Of a stretch of 64,000 bases of DNA, positions 61,541 to 64,000 are shown one piece after another; within the stretch, counting starts at the first letter, position 1, and each line of letters starts with the position of its first letter. The stretch lies in contig NC_134477.1 of assembly GCF_964194025.1 (NCBI RefSeq), positions 45,446,001 through 45,510,000 on the forward strand. The letters run 5' to 3'. Under the pieces are notes generated by a model. It was not told the origin of the DNA. It worked only from the letters and a program-made list of their open reading frames with translations, and ran no database searches. This stretch comes from Convolutriloba macropyga (taxonomy: Eukaryota). A program made the translations under genes and the position numbers.

Positions 61541-63777
61541 ATTAACTACTGCTGAATAGAAAAAGAAAATTTGGAACTGTTGCTTCCTTAACATCTCTCT
61601 CTAGACGGGTGAACACGTAAATGCACTTCAGCACTATCTGCCGAATCAGACGCTCTGAAAATATTCTGGCCTTGTTGTCCGGCCTGTCTTCTGAGCATTT
61701 TTATATTTATCGGATCGATTTGAATGCTCCCCTAATAGTTTCAGTGGCCACAAAGGAAAGTTGAGTTGAACACTTATTCGTCTCAAAATAGAGGTTTCAA
61801 AATTGTCTCTGATTTCCTCCGTTTTCAAGCCGGAACAACCAATTTTCTTTTGTCAAAATATGATGTTTTTTGTAGTCACCATAGAGAAGGCAAAAATCTG
61901 AGGTAATTCCAAACGTTTCCCCACAATTTCCACACATGTAGCTTCTCAGACTTTTCAAAATAGAAATTCAATGGTCGCTGACACTTTTTGCTACGCAAAA
62001 AATTGTTCCAAGATATTAGTAAAAAAAATAATGGACGCCTCATCATATTGAGAATCGTAAAAAAGCTGCGATATAGTTCCAAATTTACTCGAGAAGAAAA
62101 AGCCAACTGATCAGAAAAACAACCCATGGGCACGAATAAGAGACATCAAATCCACAAAAGTTTTCTGTTCCTGCTTTTGGAAGAGATGCAGCTGTATTAA
62201 CAATTTAAGATGTTTATTTTTTGCTCAAAGTATTGAAATTTGATTAGCCTTTTGAAACATCGATGCCTAATAATTTTAATAAAGCGTAAAATCATATTTA
62301 GATTGTTAAATGCTATGTATAAAATTTGTGGACAAATCAATTATTCCACTTATATAAGTTTTTCTTTTGATGTGATGTCTTCTGAATGTAAAAAAAATCT
62401 CAAAATAAATTCGCGCGAAAAAATATTTAGACAAAATTTTTCATCTTTTTGTTTACTGTGGACTACCAGTGCGTTCTACGGTATTTGTGCATAATTGAAG
62501 AAAGTTATAAAATTTTGATAAATGGGGTGCCATCTTCACATAGATTTGCTAATGTAGACTGATAATGGTCAAGTATTATAAGAAATAATTAATATAAACT
62601 CTTAGAATAATATATTATTAATAAAAAAACGCAAAAATAAAACTTAAGATCTTTACTGTAACTGTTATTTCAGAGTCTTATGCTTTGCAGATTTTATGTA
62701 GGCAAATGATATTAAAGACAGCAGGAATGCTTTTTCTTAGCTGCATAGCTGTAAGCTGAATTTTGCTATATTGAGGTAGTCGGACGTGTTGGTTTTCGAT
62801 TCGTCTTCTTTTTGCTTGTACTATTGTCATGGCGACAGTGTGATTAATGTATGCATTTGTTGCAATTGCAACGAGAGTTGGTTAAAAACATTACCACACT
62901 GCTGTTATCTTCTCACGAAGTTTTTTCAACAACTCGACTTTTTGATGGCAATAGCAATCATGTGGTGATATTCATTAACTTTTTCAAATATTGACAAATG
63001 CTGTCTTTTGGTATACTATCAGCTCAATGTATCAGTTGAATTCTGCCGCTCGCTAAGTGTCGAAGTTCAACAAAACAAAGCCAAATTAAGTTATTACATG
63101 AATAATAATAATAAATTGTTCTCGAGTAGGATGTACATTTGTTTGCAACACATATGGTATAAATTATGTACCCAAATAACAAATCTTCTCGACAGGTCAT
63201 CAATAGGTGCAAAAGGTCCTAGTCTAGCGATGACCAGTACCATTAGTATGATCAAGGTGTGAATGCGTGGCCAAAATAAAAAATTGAATAAACGTATAAT
63301 TGTTTGTGGCGTTTTTCGACAATTGGTTTGAAAAACTGACTCCCGATTTTTGATTTTTCTCTAGTTTATTCCCTACAATTTTGAACCCATTATAATGCTG
63401 GAGAAAGCAAAATTTTTGTGTGTCCGTTATGCCGGTTATATATTGCATTCCAAGTACTTCAACTAAGCTCGTTTTCTGTTGTACATCTATACTCTACATG
63501 CGGAAGTCTGTTTGGCATCGATTTCCGCAGTTTGTGCGGAGTTCAAATTAGCTGACGTTTGTCAGTCGTTTTTGCGCAAATTTCTTTTTCAATCCTTAGG
63601 TATTATTTTGTTGTCATAGATCATATTGTTTGTTCTTCGTGAAATATTAACGATACAATAAGTGAAAAACGTAAATTTTTATCAACTCTTCTATCCGGAA
63701 AATTTGTCTAAGATTTCTAAGAACACTTTTTTTTCTATCTTCAGTACATATCTTACTGAAATTATTTCTGTTATTTT

Positions 63778-64000
63778 AAAAACGGGATAAACTGGTAAAG
63801 CTCGAGGGCATTAAGTGTCTGTTCAGTGCTCTTAGAGCTCTACTAGTCTCTAAATATTCCTTTCACCTGACTGCTAAAGTGGTATGATTTGATGATTTGG
63901 ATTATTGGGACCCTCTTTTGCGCCCCTCGCTCCCCCATCCCCATTTGCCTCCTCCACCCGCCCAGAAAGTCAAAGCGAGATATAATTTTTGAGGCAACAG
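63778..64000 (+). mobile_element. Partial HINE family 1 interior
   Basis: aaaaacgggata...gagggcattaagtgtctg and a C-rich tract, matching 51211-51400. Confidence 0.55.

Noticed and set aside
62670-62756. Candidate next exon of the Ig gene (ttatttcag...gtaagc)
   Set aside because: Translation is not Ig-like and composition matches the flanks; 62650-63600 may instead be a decayed minus-strand LINE, which is unconfirmed.

Overview
AT-rich eukaryotic DNA, most likely from an invertebrate animal (inference). No prokaryotic genes, CRISPR arrays or rRNA are evident, and almost all ORFs in the track are fragments of decayed transposons. The window has three parts. (1) 1-11.0 kb: a head-to-tail array of ~1.69-kb units cut from the reverse-transcriptase (RT) region of a CRE-clade (restriction-like endonuclease) non-LTR retrotransposon; only the last copy runs on into the element's endonuclease end. 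(2) 11-38 kb: a nested transposon graveyard. It holds Penelope-like elements on both strands whose RT carries a PHD-finger insert just before the YVDD motif and whose 3' UTRs carry decayed minimal hammerhead-like motifs; a ~2.3-kb tandem LINE/Penelope chimera; a near full-length CR1/L2-group LINE with a PHD-finger ORF1; a second CRE-like family forming a fold-back; and nested Mutator-like MITEs. (3) 40-64 kb: the 5' part of a + strand spliced host gene for a contactin/L1CAM-like Ig-superfamily protein. Four exons splice in frame and its second Ig-like domain lacks both cysteines. The surrounding sequence and introns carry two families of Helentron-associated (HINE/DINE-1-like) elements, a tRNA-like sequence and two recent tandem duplications. 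All calls were made by eye from motifs; boundaries of decayed elements are approximate.
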